Under the pieces are notes generated by a model. It did not search any database. It saw only the letters and a program-made list of their open reading frames with translations, and was not told the origin of the DNA. A DNA stretch of 64,000 nucleotides from Bugula neritina (lineage: Eukaryota; Animalia; Bryozoa), in contig OZ037773.1 in assembly GCA_964035545.1 (NCBI GenBank), forward strand, positions 7,097,751 to 7,161,750, written 5' to 3'. Shown in pieces: positions 1 through 13,142 of the stretch (the stretch's first letter is position 1; each line of letters opens with the position of its first letter). The position numbers and the translations under genes were made by a program.

Positions 1-5
1 ATTAA

Positions 6-774
6 AGGATTGCTCTATCTTAGTTTATTACAATCACATTATAATTATGAACTATAATCTAATGTGTATGCAAACAATTGTGACTTTGCAAAGGGATATA
101 TGCCTAGAAAACAGCTTTTCAAAATTCCAATTTTGAGGGAGGTAAAATTTTCAGCCATGAAAAAGAATAGCCTAATACGTGACGTGTGAACGCCAGTAAC
201 TATGCTGCACGTGCTAACTATAACGCTAGTATTCAAGGTTGCTGAGCACAACATCAACCAATAACGCTCAAGCAGTTACAGTGCGCTATATAGGTCAGCT
301 TTGGTGCGCCCGTAATATTGCACAATCTGACCTAGTTTAGATCGATCGCAGGCATTCATCCTAAAGAATGCATGTTTTTGCAATGCTTTTTTCTAATGTT
401 TACAAGCAAAATATGGCCTAATGTTATCACATACATGTTATTTAAAACGTCAAAAAACTATAGATTGAGATAATTCACATTTGCACTTCTATAAATATAC
501 AAATTACGAGCTGAAAGATCACATCTCACAGTCATATTTCTATAGTTATTCATTTGTATAGTCACGTGACCAGCAGGAATGCTGGCGCTGTTACGTCACA
601 TTTCCCAGCTCATTTCAAAATCGGCGTTTTGGCTGTTACCAATCTACACCCTCAACTTCAACTAACTTTTTCTACCTTTGGTCAAATGCTTTTTGTCAAT
701 GCATGCTTAGAAAAACACAATATTATGTGTGTTTGACCTAAATGGCCATTTATTAGACAAGATAGAGCAATCCT
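6..774. mobile_element. Non-autonomous DNA transposon (Kolobok/T2-type MITE)
   Basis: TTAA at 2-5 and 775-778 flanks AGG...CCT termini. ttaaaggattgctctatctt (2-21) is the exact reverse complement of aagatagagcaatcctttaa (759-778). Weaker internal symmetry; no transposase ORF. Confidence 0.8.
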
Positions 775-1759
775 TTAAGTGTAGAATGTCCATTATGTGT
801 GTATTGTGTGTCATAGATTTATTATGCAATATTATATAATAAGTTATAGATACATGTTGGACAGCAAATTCTCATTTTTCGATATTGTAAAAGAAATTTT
901 TGTGATAAAAAAATTGTAAGAATGTTTAAAATTTTATAGAGCATCAAGTTTTTCCGTGATAAAAAATATCAGAAGCTGGAAAAATGAAGTGGATATTCAT
1001 CTTTATGTTATTTATTTTAATTTTAGTAAGAAAAATAAAGAGAAAGATGCCGAAGGACACACACCATCTTCATTTGAAGATCAACCAGTACTTTGGCACT
1101 CACCTGTCTCTCAGCTCCTACTTTATCCCTAAGAGTGCCAAGCCTCATAAACAGAGACTTTTAAAAGCTATTAGCAATGATAACTTTAGTCTTCCCCAAA
1201 TCCCACCAGAGCTTCGGTAGCACTCGAAGTGGATAGTAATTTATATGTTCTAGTAGCTTCTGTGGTTTAAGATTGATAAATCTATAGAAACATGTTTGTA
1301 AATAGAATAAGCAGCTGACTCTGATTCTCCCAGGCAGCAGATTTTTTTTTTCCAAAATGTTAAAAGCAAAGATACAGCGATTCTTTATACTAATGCTGGT
1401 TTGTACTATTTTACAGAAATTCTTTCAGCTAGCATTTTTAATAAACACTAAAAATGTGGAATGTTTTTTCTACAACTCGACAAAAATCATATAGCTGCAC
1501 ATGTTTTTGTATTTATTTTGTAGAATTATATTTATATATTTTGTTGATTCTATAACTGCTTACTAGCTGATAAATAATATTATATTATGTTGATGCAATA
1601 ATATATTATATTATGTTGAAGCAATTATGATGAGGTTATGTTGGAGCAATAAATGCACTGCACGTCTATTTCCAGAGCTTCCAAGCTGACAGTGACTTAC
1701 AATTTACCATGGCAACAGGATCTATTAGATAGAATAAAAAGTCATGTCTCTTTGGGTGG

Positions 1760-2060
<301 letters not shown>

Positions 2061-3795
2061 GGTTGAATAGCATATTGAAAAGGAGGCTTTTTGTCGTAAA
2101 TGTAAAGCTGTCATACCTGAAAGAGCCACACTATTGACAACTATCTGAATAAAACTATAACTTATTCAACTCTAAAGTGTATTATTATGTGTTGTAATAT
2201 TATAGGACCATGATTAACTTGTTATTATAAAAGGACTGCTATACTGACAACGCCCAAACTTGAAAACAATGTGAACAGCATTCATATTTTTATCCATCAA
2301 AGTAATGAGAGTGTCAGGAAACAAGTTGACTTTAAATCTTGTTTCCTGTCAAATCTTTCTGCACTATTTGGTAAAACGAAATATTATTTACTGTGGATAT
2401 ACTTGAAAAATTTTATAAATGTACTATAAATCTATTGTAAATATAAAATAAATATTCTATAAATATACTATAAATGTGCTTTAGAAGATTTGAAGCTGTT
2501 TTATTTTTGTGACTCTCAGCCTTTCTTTAGCCTATGTGCCTCCGTTCTTCTCTATAATGTACCTAGCCTCTTCCCTAAAGGCTCGAGTTCCCTCTGCTAT
2601 GTTTAGGTCAAGTTGGCAAATCCCGTAACTGTTATTCGCATTGATTATAAGTTGGGAAATATTGCCTAACTCCTAATTTTCTCTGAAGCAACATACAGGT
2701 TGGAAATATATACAGGTGATTGGTTAAAGAGTGGGTAGAGCTGATGATGAAATAGTTATGAAGATATAATTATAACCAGCATGTATTCAGTTATTTACCC
2801 ATGCATAGCTTTAGTTTGACAGATGTCCATATGGATTCACCTAAAATCAAAATAAATGCAACTTACTATCAAATATCATCAATTTTCTAATTCCTAATGT
2901 TTTTAAATAAAGTGGTCTAAATAGAAGTCACCCAGTCGCCCGTCTAAGTAGAATATACTGATGGTCGTCTAGCTGGCAGTCATCTATCTGGACTGAAGCC
3001 TTGAATTAATAGTTCATAGGGTCGGATGCTCAATATTGAACCTTTGACTCAAGCAATGAGTACTCTACCTGTGGAGTTGCTCCTGTCAGCCTATATACTA
3101 ATGACTATCTTCAGTATCTTGGGTCATCACTTCCCTTGCATTTATAATGCTTTTCTAGATTTCATCAACATAATTTGAAATGAAACAATATTGAATATAT
3201 AATATGTTTTTTGTTATGGGTATATGAACAAAAATCTTGTGTGAGTTTTTATATGACCACTAATGAAATACTGTAAGATGTGCCAAGTGAGTTACTAAGA
3301 TGTGATAGATGCTGTTTCCTGTTTAGTTCAATATTTTTCATGTCTGTACAAATAGTTGCAAGATATTACCCAAACTGTTGAAATATTAATCACTCAACCT
3401 CAAAAGAGTTAATAATATTTTGTTATGAGTTTCTTAAAAGCTCTTAAAGCTCTCACTAATGGTAAAACATACACCCAACAGGTGTTAGATTAAGTTTCAA
3501 GCATATTATGCTTTTAAACTCAGCTTCTTGACTATGATAAGATGCATAAACTCTCGAATAGTGTTTTGTCTAGGAGTGCACCAAGTCTAAACAAATGAAT
3601 CCTAAAATGAAGGAATTACCTGGTATAATCAGGTATAACTGCTGCTAAAAGGGTTTTAGATTCTTCTAGAAAAAATTAATATGTATGCATGTGCTTCAGT
3701 TACTAAAACAACATTTCAGTTGTCTCAGTAACTAAAATATACTAATTTTATGTAAATATAGTTGAATCTAGGCAACCGTTGGGTTGGGCAGTGAT

Positions 3796-3834
3796 GTTAC
3801 ATAACTTTAAGTTATATCAACATCATATAAAAAG
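3796..3834 (+). promoter_or_regulatory. Core promoter of paralog 1 (TATA box plus bZIP-like site)
   Basis: TATAAAAAG at 3826-3834, about 80 bp upstream of the ATG; GTTACATAAC at 3796-3805. The same arrangement is retained in paralog 2 (8804-8840). Confidence 0.6.
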
Positions 3835-3906
3835 AAGTTAGAGTAGTTGTGTTAGACATTCTCTTGTAGCTACAGCATCTCATCAGCTTTACATAGTCCT
3901 CCAAAG

Positions 3907-6520
3907 ATGTGTAAGTATTTTATCTTTTATTTATTAAAATACAACTAAATTATATAAGAACCATGTACAATAGCTGATAATAGTTGTATACTGCTTTCAG
4001 TCACAGTTTAATATGAAAGTAAACTGTATAAGATTTGATTCAAAATAATGGAGTTTAAAAGTTGCATGTTTAACGTTTGTTTCAAAAAATTTCCCTATAT
4101 ATATATAAGTGAGACTTAAACCCAACTTACTTGTAAATAGTTAAAAATACTTACAAAATACATGAAAAATAATTTCTATAACTAACTATTGTTGTAATTT
4201 TATACCAAAACTTTTCTCTTATACCCTATTTTTTATGCTACCATCATTCATTAATTCATTACTATTATATCTGAATATGTGTCTATAGCATCTTCAAAGA
4301 AATTTTTAGTAGCAAAACTGAGTTTTAATTATTGAAATTGAATCTGTGTAAATTTTCTTTCTAGATAAAGTAACCCTCCTTTCAGTTGTTTGCTCTCTGC
4401 TATTTATTTATGGCGTGGAGTCTGCCAGCCTACACAGGTAAAATAATATAATTGTTCAATTGTAATAATTTCTTTAGAAACTGAAAAGTTTTAAGCTGGC
4501 TATCTATTGAATTTTCATCATTGCTAGTAATTATAACTACCTATGCAAATATATAAGTTCAAAGTAAATCTCGTTTCTACTTAGATAACACAATTTCTGT
4601 AAAGCTGCATATACTGCTGTTTAATCACAAACATCTAAGTTCATAATATTTGAAATACATGTAGTGTTCGTGAGAAGAGATCTATGGCAGCTTTCTGTAT
4701 CCCACAACTTCTAAGCAACCTGGAAAGATCTCACGCCCTGTTGGAACAACTGAACAACTATTATATCGTGAGTTCATATTTATTCTGTAAATAACTACTC
4801 TAATGTTTTGTAAACATAATGAAATACTTGAAAGAAAATATATCTCTTGACCTATTTTGTAGATGTTTAGCTTTTTTTATTTTGACACCATGCCCTACAA
4901 ATATTATGATATGACATTAAATATAAATTTGCTAACATAGTAAAGTATTATGTAATGATAAATACTATATTATAATAATGTAATGCAAACAAAATAACAT
5001 GATATGATTCTATACACACTATACTATCTGCTGTACTCATGTTCTAGGAACAATACTTCTGCGCCGGACAATGGGAAACTGCAAACATGAAAACAAGAGA
5101 TCTGAGCTGTGCGCATTTTGCTGTAAGTATAAGTATAAACTTACCTTGTAAAATGTATCACAGACTGGAATACATAACAGTACAATATTAAATAATATAA
5201 CTATTTTGTATTGGAACCTCTTTGGTTGAGCAAATTAAAGTCTACAGTTTGAGTCAGGTGTGATAAAAGCTTTGGTACACTTTGCATTGCTCACAGCCTG
5301 TAAAATAATTTTGCCCCCCCCCCCCTGAGATTCAAACCACACACCTCTGGCTTGCAAGCATGCGTGCTAACCAATTTCACTACAGGGGCTTTTGGATTTT
5401 TAACTGCATCATACTCAGTTTTTTCCAGAACTGCACTAGCCCCACGTAGTCATGTACTCTTGTCAGTTTATGGGCTCCACCCGCCACTCAACTCTCTGAG
5501 TGTACGACCATGACACAAAGCTGAAATAGCTTATGAAAAAAAATTTGCTTCTACTGGGATTCGAACATGAGACCTCCTGCTTGCAAGGGAGTGTGCTACC
5601 TACTACACCACAGCACTACTGGGTAAACTCAACATAACAATCGGTAATATAAACTGCATGGTTTTTCTTTGCTTTTAGAACATGACCTTAAACGAGGACC
5701 ACTCATCACCATTGGCTCAACACTTCTGCATGCTCAAGGCAACATTTCCTGAAAACTATGGCCCGCTGAGTCAAGTGTCAATGCTTATGCAGGGGGTATT
5801 AGTAGCAATGAATCAGACAGTACCTGAAGGACAGTGTAACCTTGAAAATGCTGTAAGTTGAAACCTCAACTCTTTCATTGCTAGTTTAAATTTTAATACA
5901 ATCATAAACGAAAGGTATACTTACTTGTGAATTGTAACTGGTTTTAATTTTACAGGGATATTGCTTTGATTTTTTTTATGCAAAGTGATATAAAGTCAGC
6001 TATTCGTAAAACCTTAAATATTTTTGATATGCATTAATACATCATTAGAGATTTTCTTACATCAGAAATCTTAATTTAAATTAAAAGTTGTTCCAAGGCT
6101 TGAACTCAGTTGCAAATATTACATAATGGCTTTACCTTGACATTTAGCTGTTGATTCCCAGTTTTGAATCATTTTAATTTAGAAAGAACTAATGCTATGC
6201 CTCGATACACAACAAATACCACGTTTTAGAGTTATTTTCTCTCATTTTCCATGCAGACTTGAGCATTCAACGTCATGGCTATGGGTTGTAAAATACTGTT
6301 TCTTGCATTTAAACAGGGTAAGAAACTGCAAGAAGATGGTTACGAGAAGGTGTACCGTGAACATCTCGCTAGCTTATTGGAAGATGTACTCTGTGTGCTA
6401 GACAGATGCGGTGAAATTACTCCAGAACATTTCCATTCAGAGGGAGACGATCACCATGATAATGATCACACTCACGAATCTATCACTGTGTTTGACAAAT
6501 GCTCTTCAGCCTCACAATAA
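3907..6520 (+). CDS. Secreted 8-Cys helical protein, paralog 1 (210 aa, His/Asp-rich C-terminal loop)
   Basis: Exons 3907-3910, 4365-4437, 4665-4767, 5048-5122, 5679-5852, 6317-6520; all GT-AG, 633 nt in frame. MYKVTLLSVVCSLLFIYGVESASLHSVREKRSMAAFCIPQLLSNLERSHALLEQLNNYYIEQYFCAGQWETANMKTRDLSCAHFANMTLNEDHSSPLAQHFCMLKATFPENYGPLSQVSMLMQGVLVAMNQTVPEGQCNLENAGKKLQEDGYEKVYREHLASLLEDVLCVLDRCGEITPEHFHSEGDDHHDNDHTHESITVFDKCSSASQ. Signal peptide, REKR site, AATAAA at 6690. Confidence 0.92.
5313..5617 (-). mobile_element. Two tandem degenerate tRNA-like sequences (TGC loop) in intron 4 of paralog 1
   Basis: 5313-5389 and 5547-5617 read on the minus strand with A-box (TAGTGAAATTGG / TGGTGTAGTAGG), CTTGCAA loop and B-box (GTTTGAATC / GTTCGAATC). 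Stems are mismatched. Absent from the homologous intron of paralog 2. Confidence 0.6.
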
Positions 6521-8081
6521 CTTTACATCACAAATATTGTTTGACTGTAGCTCAATAGAAATCTAGTTACCATGATTATTTGTAACCAGCCATTATTAAC
6601 ATAATTAAATGTAGATTTTTATTTCTTACTTGCTTACTTACTTTCTGAACTGATGTGTAGCCTCAGCATCCAATGTTTTGTAGCATTCAAATAAATTTCT
6701 GTTATCCAAAACAGCTACTGGTGTTGCTTTGAAGAAATTTTAGCATGGAGGCTTTAGTTTCCAATGAAAGACTCAAAAGCTTTTTAATAGTTGCCTTGAA
6801 ACGAGCAGTAATATAATAAGAAATGAAATATAATGAAACATGATAGTTTGCTGCTAAAGATCGCAAGTCATTAAAAAATACAACCTCTCACGTATATTCT
6901 CTCTCTTTTATACAAGAGTTGAAAATGACAAAATAGTTATTATGCACTTATTATTTAGCAATTGAACTTGCCTTAGTTTAAAATAAACTTGTAATATAGA
7001 AGGATTCATCTGTGATCCTCATACACAGCAAACACAGTAGCCTCTTCTCATGGGTGGTGGAGCTTTACTAAACATAACTTCCTACATAGTGTAGCGTTTA
7101 AGTTTAGTGTTTACTATGTGAGTCTTTCAAACTCAGAGTAAGAATAATATATTACACCAGCTTATATGTTCATGTTTATATAACATATTACATAATATTA
7201 TAATTATTATTAATTGTTTAATTCTTTATTTTATACCTCATTTATTAATACTATTTTTTAAGACGTTTTGAAAGCTAAATTTATAGCTAATAGCAACCTA
7301 ATAGTTAGCATTGAGCATATAAAATATGAAAGGAGCAAAAGTAAAAGCTGATGCCTACAATAATTGAACAAAATAGTGTTACAGAAACTAGTATTCAGTT
7401 TTAATTTGTTTTGTGTTTGGTTAATTATCACGTTCACCTAAAAGGGGGGGGGGGGAAGGTAACAACTTCTTGTGATCTATTGTTTATTTATACATTATAC
7501 TAGTTATACATTGTTGTTACATTTGCATATATTTTGGTTTTGAGCTGTTTCAGCTATTGGAATATATTAATTTTTCAAGACATTTTTTATATTTCTATGT
7601 TTTGAAATTGTATTTTAGTATCATGATTGATAGGTCTACCAGGAACATTAATAAATAAAATATTAATATATAATTCCACCAGATAACACTCATTTGACTT
7701 TTCCAACTACCAGGGTGTATGTGATGTATTCTATGACTCAATAATGGCCACCAAAACTACTAGTCAGAAGTTTATTTAAACATATAAATTCAAATGGTTT
7801 GTGACTTATAAATGTAAGTTGATTAACTTGAATGTAAATTGGTTCACCTAAGTGTAGATCGTAGTTCATAGTTCATACAGATCTAAAATGACTCATATAA
7901 ACATCTACCGCCAGCTTCTATTCAGATGGAGAATTGCAATAATTTAGTTTCTTTGATTACTTTTATGAATTTTGTGAAGGCCAGGGTTGCTGTTTAAAAT
8001 GTTTATATGAACCTCGCTTCTTTTTCTATAAGTTTTATTTAAACTACGCTAGGCTGTTCCCGATTTCTTAATAGCTACAGC

Positions 8082-8180
8082 AGGTTATAGCATGTCACTA
8101 GCTAGGTTATAACATGTCACTAGCCAGGTTATAGCATGTGACTAGCTAGGTTATAGCATGTCACTAGCTAGGTTATAGTG
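8082..8180. repeat. 22-bp minisatellite (aggttatagcatgtcactagct), about 4.5 copies
   Basis: Visible directly. Confidence 0.9.
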
Positions 8181-8914
8181 CATTGGACCTCATCATTATC
8201 CCCTTTTCGTTTATGATGTTTTTCTAAATGTTGTAAAACAAACCAACAAACAAGCCTTAATATAATGTTCATTATGACCAGCAACAAAATATTGAAACAT
8301 ATGCCAGATGGGTACACAACAATAGTCATGTTGTTGTGTTTTGTTATTTGTTCAATATTTTTCATGTCTGGGACAAATAATTGCAAGAGACTACTCAAAA
8401 TAACTAATAATATTATGTCAGAAGTTTCTGAGAAGATGGTAAAGCTCTTACTAATGGTAGAACATATGTAAACTCAACAGATTTTAGATTAAGTTTCAAG
8501 CAGAGGTTTTTAAACTCAGCTCCTTACTTATGGTAAGCTGCATCAACCCCTGAATAGCTCATTGTTTAGGAGTGCACCAAGTCTATGAACAATCGGATCC
8601 TAAAATGAAAGAATTACTTGGTATAATAATGTAAAACTGTTGCTAAAGTGGTTTAGATTCTTTTAGAGAAAAATAATTTTGAGTATTATTATGCATGTAT
8701 TTTAGTTACTAAAACAACATTCCCTGTTGCCTTAGTAACTAAAGTATACTGATCTTAAGTAAATATAGTGAAATCTAAGTACTCATTAGGGTTGGGCAAT
8801 ACTATTACATAACTTAAATCTATGCCAACGTCATATAAAAAGTAGTTAGAGTAGTTGTGATAGACACTCTCTTATAACTACAGCATCTCATCAGCTTTAC
8901 ATAGTACTCCAAAG

Positions 8915-11900
8915 ATGTGTAAGTATTTTATCTTTTATTTGTTGAAATATAACTAAATTATATAGGAACCATGTACAGCAGCTGATAATAGTTGTATGCT
9001 GTTTTCAGTTACTGTTTAATATGGAAGTAAACTGAGTTTTTTGACCGCATAGAGTTGGATTTTAAATAAAGGAGTTTAAAAGTTAAAGTTTAAAAGTTAA
9101 AGTTTCAAAAGATTTCCCCAGGGGGATTCAAACTTAACTTATTTGTAAATAAATAGTTTAAAATACAGTATAAGTAAATCATAATTATAATAATAATAAC
9201 TTATTACTATTGCTGCAATTTTATACCAAAATTCTTCTCTTATACCTTATTCTTATTATTTGTGTAATTTTTTTCTAGACAAAGTAACCCTTCTATCAGT
9301 TGTTTGCTCTCTGCTATTCATTTATGATGCGGAATCTGCCAGCCTACACAGGTAAAATAATATAATTATTCAATAAATTTGTAATCATTTCTTAGAAACT
9401 GAAATAGTTTAAGCTGGCTATTGGATTTTCCCCATATTGCTAGTAACTATAACTTTACAAATATATGAGTTCAAAGCAAATCGTGTTTCTACTTATATGG
9501 AATAATACATGGAATGTTTAATCACGAACATCTAAGCTCATAATATTTCAAATACATGCAGTGTTCGTGAGAAGAGATCTATGGCAGCTTTCTGTATCCC
9601 ACAACTTCTAAGCAACCTCGAAAGATCTCATTCCCTGTTGGAACAACTGAACGTCTATTATATCGTGAGTTCATATCCATATTCTATAAATAACTAGGCT
9701 CTACTATTTTGTATGTAATTTATTCAATGCAATGTATACAAATGCTCTACTATTCTGCATAAAAACTCTGCAAGTTTGCAGTCAACTTTCCGTAAGAAAT
9801 TCCTGATGAAAAAGGTTGTTTTTTTTTCATCCCAGTTAGACGCTAGGCTAAATTTCCCATTTGGATGCTTCCCATTTTTTATTTTGGTGCCATATGATTA
9901 CATAGTAATATTTACCTATATATACCTATAAGTATATAGCTGTTGCATTGATTGCTAAATAGCTAAAGTGCTAATAGCTATAATAGCTAACATGAATTAT
10001 CTGGAATAATATTCTAATTTTCATAGACTTGTGTGGGGTAAAAAAACAGTAATATATTAATAATAAACAGTATCTTTAATGAATGAAGACGTTCATTAAT
10101 GAAATATCTGTTCAAACAAGAAGCAAAAAATATGTAAAATTATTATGTTAATGAAGATCAAAAAAATGTATTTACTTGCTCAATACGGGCTTTATTTAAA
10201 TATACATATGTTTAAATAATAATCAAATAAATTGTACATAAAATATATATCGTACCAATATAAATAAATAGCGTCTATCTGGGATGACACCTCTTTTTGT
10301 TTAAGTGGGCTAAGGACTTATGTGTATGCGGCACAGGAGCAATTATGACTGGATGCTTTTCTTAAAATTCCCGAATGGCCTTTGCTGGGGCTTGAACCCA
10401 TGACTACAGATGTACTGAGTCAGCCCTCTAACCCCTAGACACGGCTGCTCCCCCATAGCTATTCTTTATACAACTATTTAAATGTCGTGTAAATATAATG
10501 AAGTGCTTGGAAGAAAATATATCTGACACATTTTGTAGAGGTTTAGCTTTTTTTTATCTCTATACCATTTCATATAAATATTATAAATTTACGTGTAAAT
10601 GTAATTTTGCTAACATAGTCAAATATTATGTAATAATAAATATTGTAATATTATAATGTAATGCAAAAAAGTAAGTTGATACAATTTTATACACACTATG
10701 CTATCTGCTTTGCCCATATTCCAGCAACAATACTTCTGCATAGGACCATGGGAAGCAGCAAACATGAAAACAAGAGATCTGAGATGTGAGCATTTCGCTG
10801 TAAGTATAAAATATATAAACTTACCTTGTATACCATATTATGAGCTGGATGAAAGTATAAATATAAACTTACCTTGTATAACCTTGTATTATGAGCTGGA
10901 GAGCATAAATTACACTAAATAACTTAATTATTTTGTATTGACACACCTTTGGTTGAGCAAATTGAAGTGTGACTTTCTAGCTTTACCTCTGCTGAAAATT
11001 ACCCATTTACAGTATTACTAAAACTTTGAAATTATATTGATGCGGAAGCTCACTTTTTACAATGTAATGCAAATTAAATTTCTGACTAAAAATCATAAAG
11101 GTAAAAACGCAACGTAATACTTTCTCCGCATTCCAGGTTGAGCAACCAATGACAGTAATTCAAATATCTTATGACTTGTTGTTTTTAGAACATGACCCCA
11201 AACCAAGACCATACAGAGCCTGTGGCTGAACACCTTTGCATGCTTCAGTCAGCATTTCCTACACACTATGGTATAATGACTGAAGTGACCTTGCTTATGG
11301 AGGGGGTATTAGCAGCAATGAATCAGACTTTACCTGCAGAGAAATGTGACCTTGAAAATGCTGTGAGTTGAAATATTGACCATTTCATTGCAAGCTTATA
11401 TTTTTGATTTGTTGGAATACTTTTTATATACAGTAACAACGTACCTATTCTTCATATACAGTACAATACATCTGGTTATTTTTATATACAGTAATATAAT
11501 CTATAATAACTTTTTATATACAGTAGTATATCATTAGAGACAGTATTATATGTTATGGTTTTGAAGTCTATAATGAGGAGAAAACATTATACACTCAGGT
11601 TGTTTATATTTCCAGAAGAAAGTTATGTGTCATGAAACTGACTTACAGACCAACCCGAATTTATATTTATTGAGTTCAAAAATTGTATATAAGATCTAAA
11701 CTGAAATTGTTTCAAGCTTTGAATGCAATTGCAAATAGAACTTGATGGCTTTACCTCAAAATTTGACTGTTGATTACTAGTTTTACACTGTGTTGGTTTG
11801 AACAAATTAAAATATACTACACCTATCTATAAGTATGAGTTGCATTTGCATTTTAAATGAATCTAGTATGCTAATGGTATGTGCGTTGAAAGAACTGATG

Positions 11901-12275
11901 CTTTGATACATTACAAATGCTGAGTTGTAATGTAAGGTTTAGAGTTATTTTCTCTCAACACTCCATGTAAACTTTACCATTCAACATCATGGTTATGGCT
12001 TGTTGCAGACGTTATAAAGTATATTTTCTTCCATTTCATTTCCACAGGGTAGGAAGAAATTGCAAGAAGATGGTTACGAGAAGGTGTATCGTGAGCATCT
12101 CGTTAGATTATTGGAAGATGTACTCTGTGTGCTAGACAGGTGCAGTGAAATTGCTCCAGAACATTCTCATTCCGAAGATCATCATGAAGATGATGATCAT
12201 CATGATCACCATGATAATGAGCACACTCATGAAGTTATCACCGTGTTTCAAGAATGCTCTCCAGTTCCAAGATAG
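8915..12275 (+). CDS. Secreted 8-Cys helical protein, paralog 2 (218 aa, expanded His/Asp-rich loop)
   Basis: Exons 8915-8918, 9279-9351, 9562-9664, 10725-10799, 11189-11362, 12048-12275; GT-AG, 657 nt. MYKVTLLSVVCSLLFIYDAESASLHSVREKRSMAAFCIPQLLSNLERSHSLLEQLNVYYIQQYFCIGPWEAANMKTRDLRCEHFANMTPNQDHTEPVAEHLCMLQSAFPTHYGIMTEVTLLMEGVLAAMNQTLPAEKCDLENAGRKKLQEDGYEKVYREHLVRLLEDVLCVLDRCSEIAPEHSHSEDHHEDDDHHDHHDNEHTHEVITVFQECSPVPR. TATA at 8834, AATAAA at 12454. Confidence 0.92.
9827..10288. mobile_element. Inverted-repeat-bounded insertion in intron 3 of paralog 2
   Basis: tcatcccagttagacgcta (9827-9845) versus tagcgtctatctgggatga (10270-10288), one mismatch as an inverted repeat. This intron is 1060 bp against 280 bp in paralog 1. 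Confidence 0.6.
10300..10453 (-). mobile_element. tRNA-derived SINE, 3'-truncated copy
   Basis: Reverse complement matches 13871-14030 (gggagcagccgtg..taggggttagag...gggttcaa.cccc..caaaggccatt...gcatccagtcataattgct). Confidence 0.85.
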
Positions 12276-13142
12276 CTTTACATCCCAAATATTGTTTGCA
12301 TGTGACTCAGTATAAATCTAATTACTACAATTGCTGACAACCTACTCAGCCAGTATTAACATAGTCAGATGTGTCTTTTTTGATTACCAGAGTTATGATA
12401 CTCACTTTCTGGACTGATGTGTAACCTCATTATTCAATGTTTTGTAGCGTTCAAATAAATTTATGTTATCAAACACAGCTACTGCTTTGGTTCTAAGATA
12501 TTTTGAGTAGGTATAAATAGTTTAGTGTCCAATGAAAAGCTTCAAAGCTTTTTAATAAAAAAGAAAAAATAAAAAAAGAATATAATGATATAACATAATA
12601 TAATGAAAAATGATAAGTTGCTGCAAAGATATCTAAAGCAGTTGAAAATCAAATTTTTTAAATGTTTTTTATCTTATAAAAGATTGATCAAAATGAGAAA
12701 ACAGTTATTGTGCATATGTTGAGTATTTAAAAATTTCCTAGTTTGCTAAACTTGTAACAAAGCTCCCATCTTTGATGAAAAATTCTCATACAATCACGCC
12801 CTGCAGGTGGCAGTATTTTACTAATTGCAGCTGAATAAATCCTAAATAATTGGCATTTAAGTTCAGTGTTTATTTCTCAAAAGTAAATATTATGTAATAA
12901 TATTATTATTTACTAGAGCTGGGAAGCACTTACACTGCTTCTAATAACTTTTAATCTAAGGATTAGAATGAGTTTAGATTCTCAGTACATCTAGACCAAA
13001 GGCACTGCTGAAAAGGAACAAGCAATCTGTTTACTTTGAACCTGCTTTAGAACCTGCTGTATATAAGTAGTGAGCACAGCTCAGCCTACACCTTATAGTG
13101 CTTCTGATTTCACTGTCTCACAAAGGATTTCACTGACTAGTA

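Noticed and set aside
984-1355. Short ORFs, or a possible last exon of an upstream gene
   Set aside because: No recognisable motif, no family Cys pattern and no supporting exon chain in the window.
5313-5617. Functional tRNA-Ala genes (and a tRNA at 51679-51753)
   Set aside because: Acceptor, anticodon and T stems have multiple mismatches; treated as tRNA-derived relics.
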